Shown: positions 63,736-64,000 of the stretch, piece by piece
How positions within the stretch are numbered: the first letter of the stretch is position 1
Layout of the letters: every line of letters starts with the position of its first letter
Origin: Sphyrna mokarran
Lineage: Eukaryota
Direction: 5' to 3'
NCBI GenBank assembly: GCA_024679065.1
Contig: JAGIQG010000013.1
Location: 48,236,001 to 48,300,000 of the forward strand
DNA length: 64,000 nt
Made by a program: the position numbers and the translations under genes
The notes under the pieces: model-generated
Told to the model about the DNA's origin: nothing
Databases searched by the model: none
What the model saw: only the letters and a program-made list of their open reading frames with translations

Positions 63736-64000
63736 TGAACTAATTACCTTTAAACTGTGCTCTCATTCATTTGTCACTCACTTAAGGTAGCACATTAATG
63801 GCAGGGTAGAGAAGCAATCCATGAGTCTCCTCGCCACAAGCTTAATCGCGGCAGAGCCAGGAAGGAAATGAGGGTCCACCATCATCCCAGCCAATTAAAC
63901 TGCCACCCCCCTCATCAAACTTGCCACTGAGAGAGCATAAAATTACCTTAGTTGCATTTTGTAGATGGAAAGAGGGAATGCTGTACTCATGTAATTAGTC

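Overview
Eukaryotic, AT-rich vertebrate genomic DNA. The repeat content (HE1-type V-SINEs, HER1/CR1 LINEs, SacSINE1-like DeuSINEs) points to an elasmobranch (shark). The window lies inside one minus-strand gene, IGSF11 (BT-IgSF/VSIG3; CTX-family Ig adhesion molecule). Three internal coding exons are present with GT-AG boundaries and compatible phases: 24367-24204, 14971-14764 and 671-516. The signal-peptide exon was not found with confidence and the 3' exons lie left of the window. The rest is intron filled with retroelement and DNA-transposon relics. The most notable features are: (i) short hairpin-shaped, TSD-flanked Penelope-like elements carrying minimal hammerhead-ribozyme motifs, several on the IGSF11 pre-mRNA strand; (ii) a SINE split by an insertion templated from two separate nearby loci; (iii) two V-SINE subfamilies sharing a head but carrying different LINE-type tails. 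Most ORFs in the supplied track are chance or repeat-derived. Family names come from recalled consensus sequences, not database searches, and repeat boundaries are approximate.
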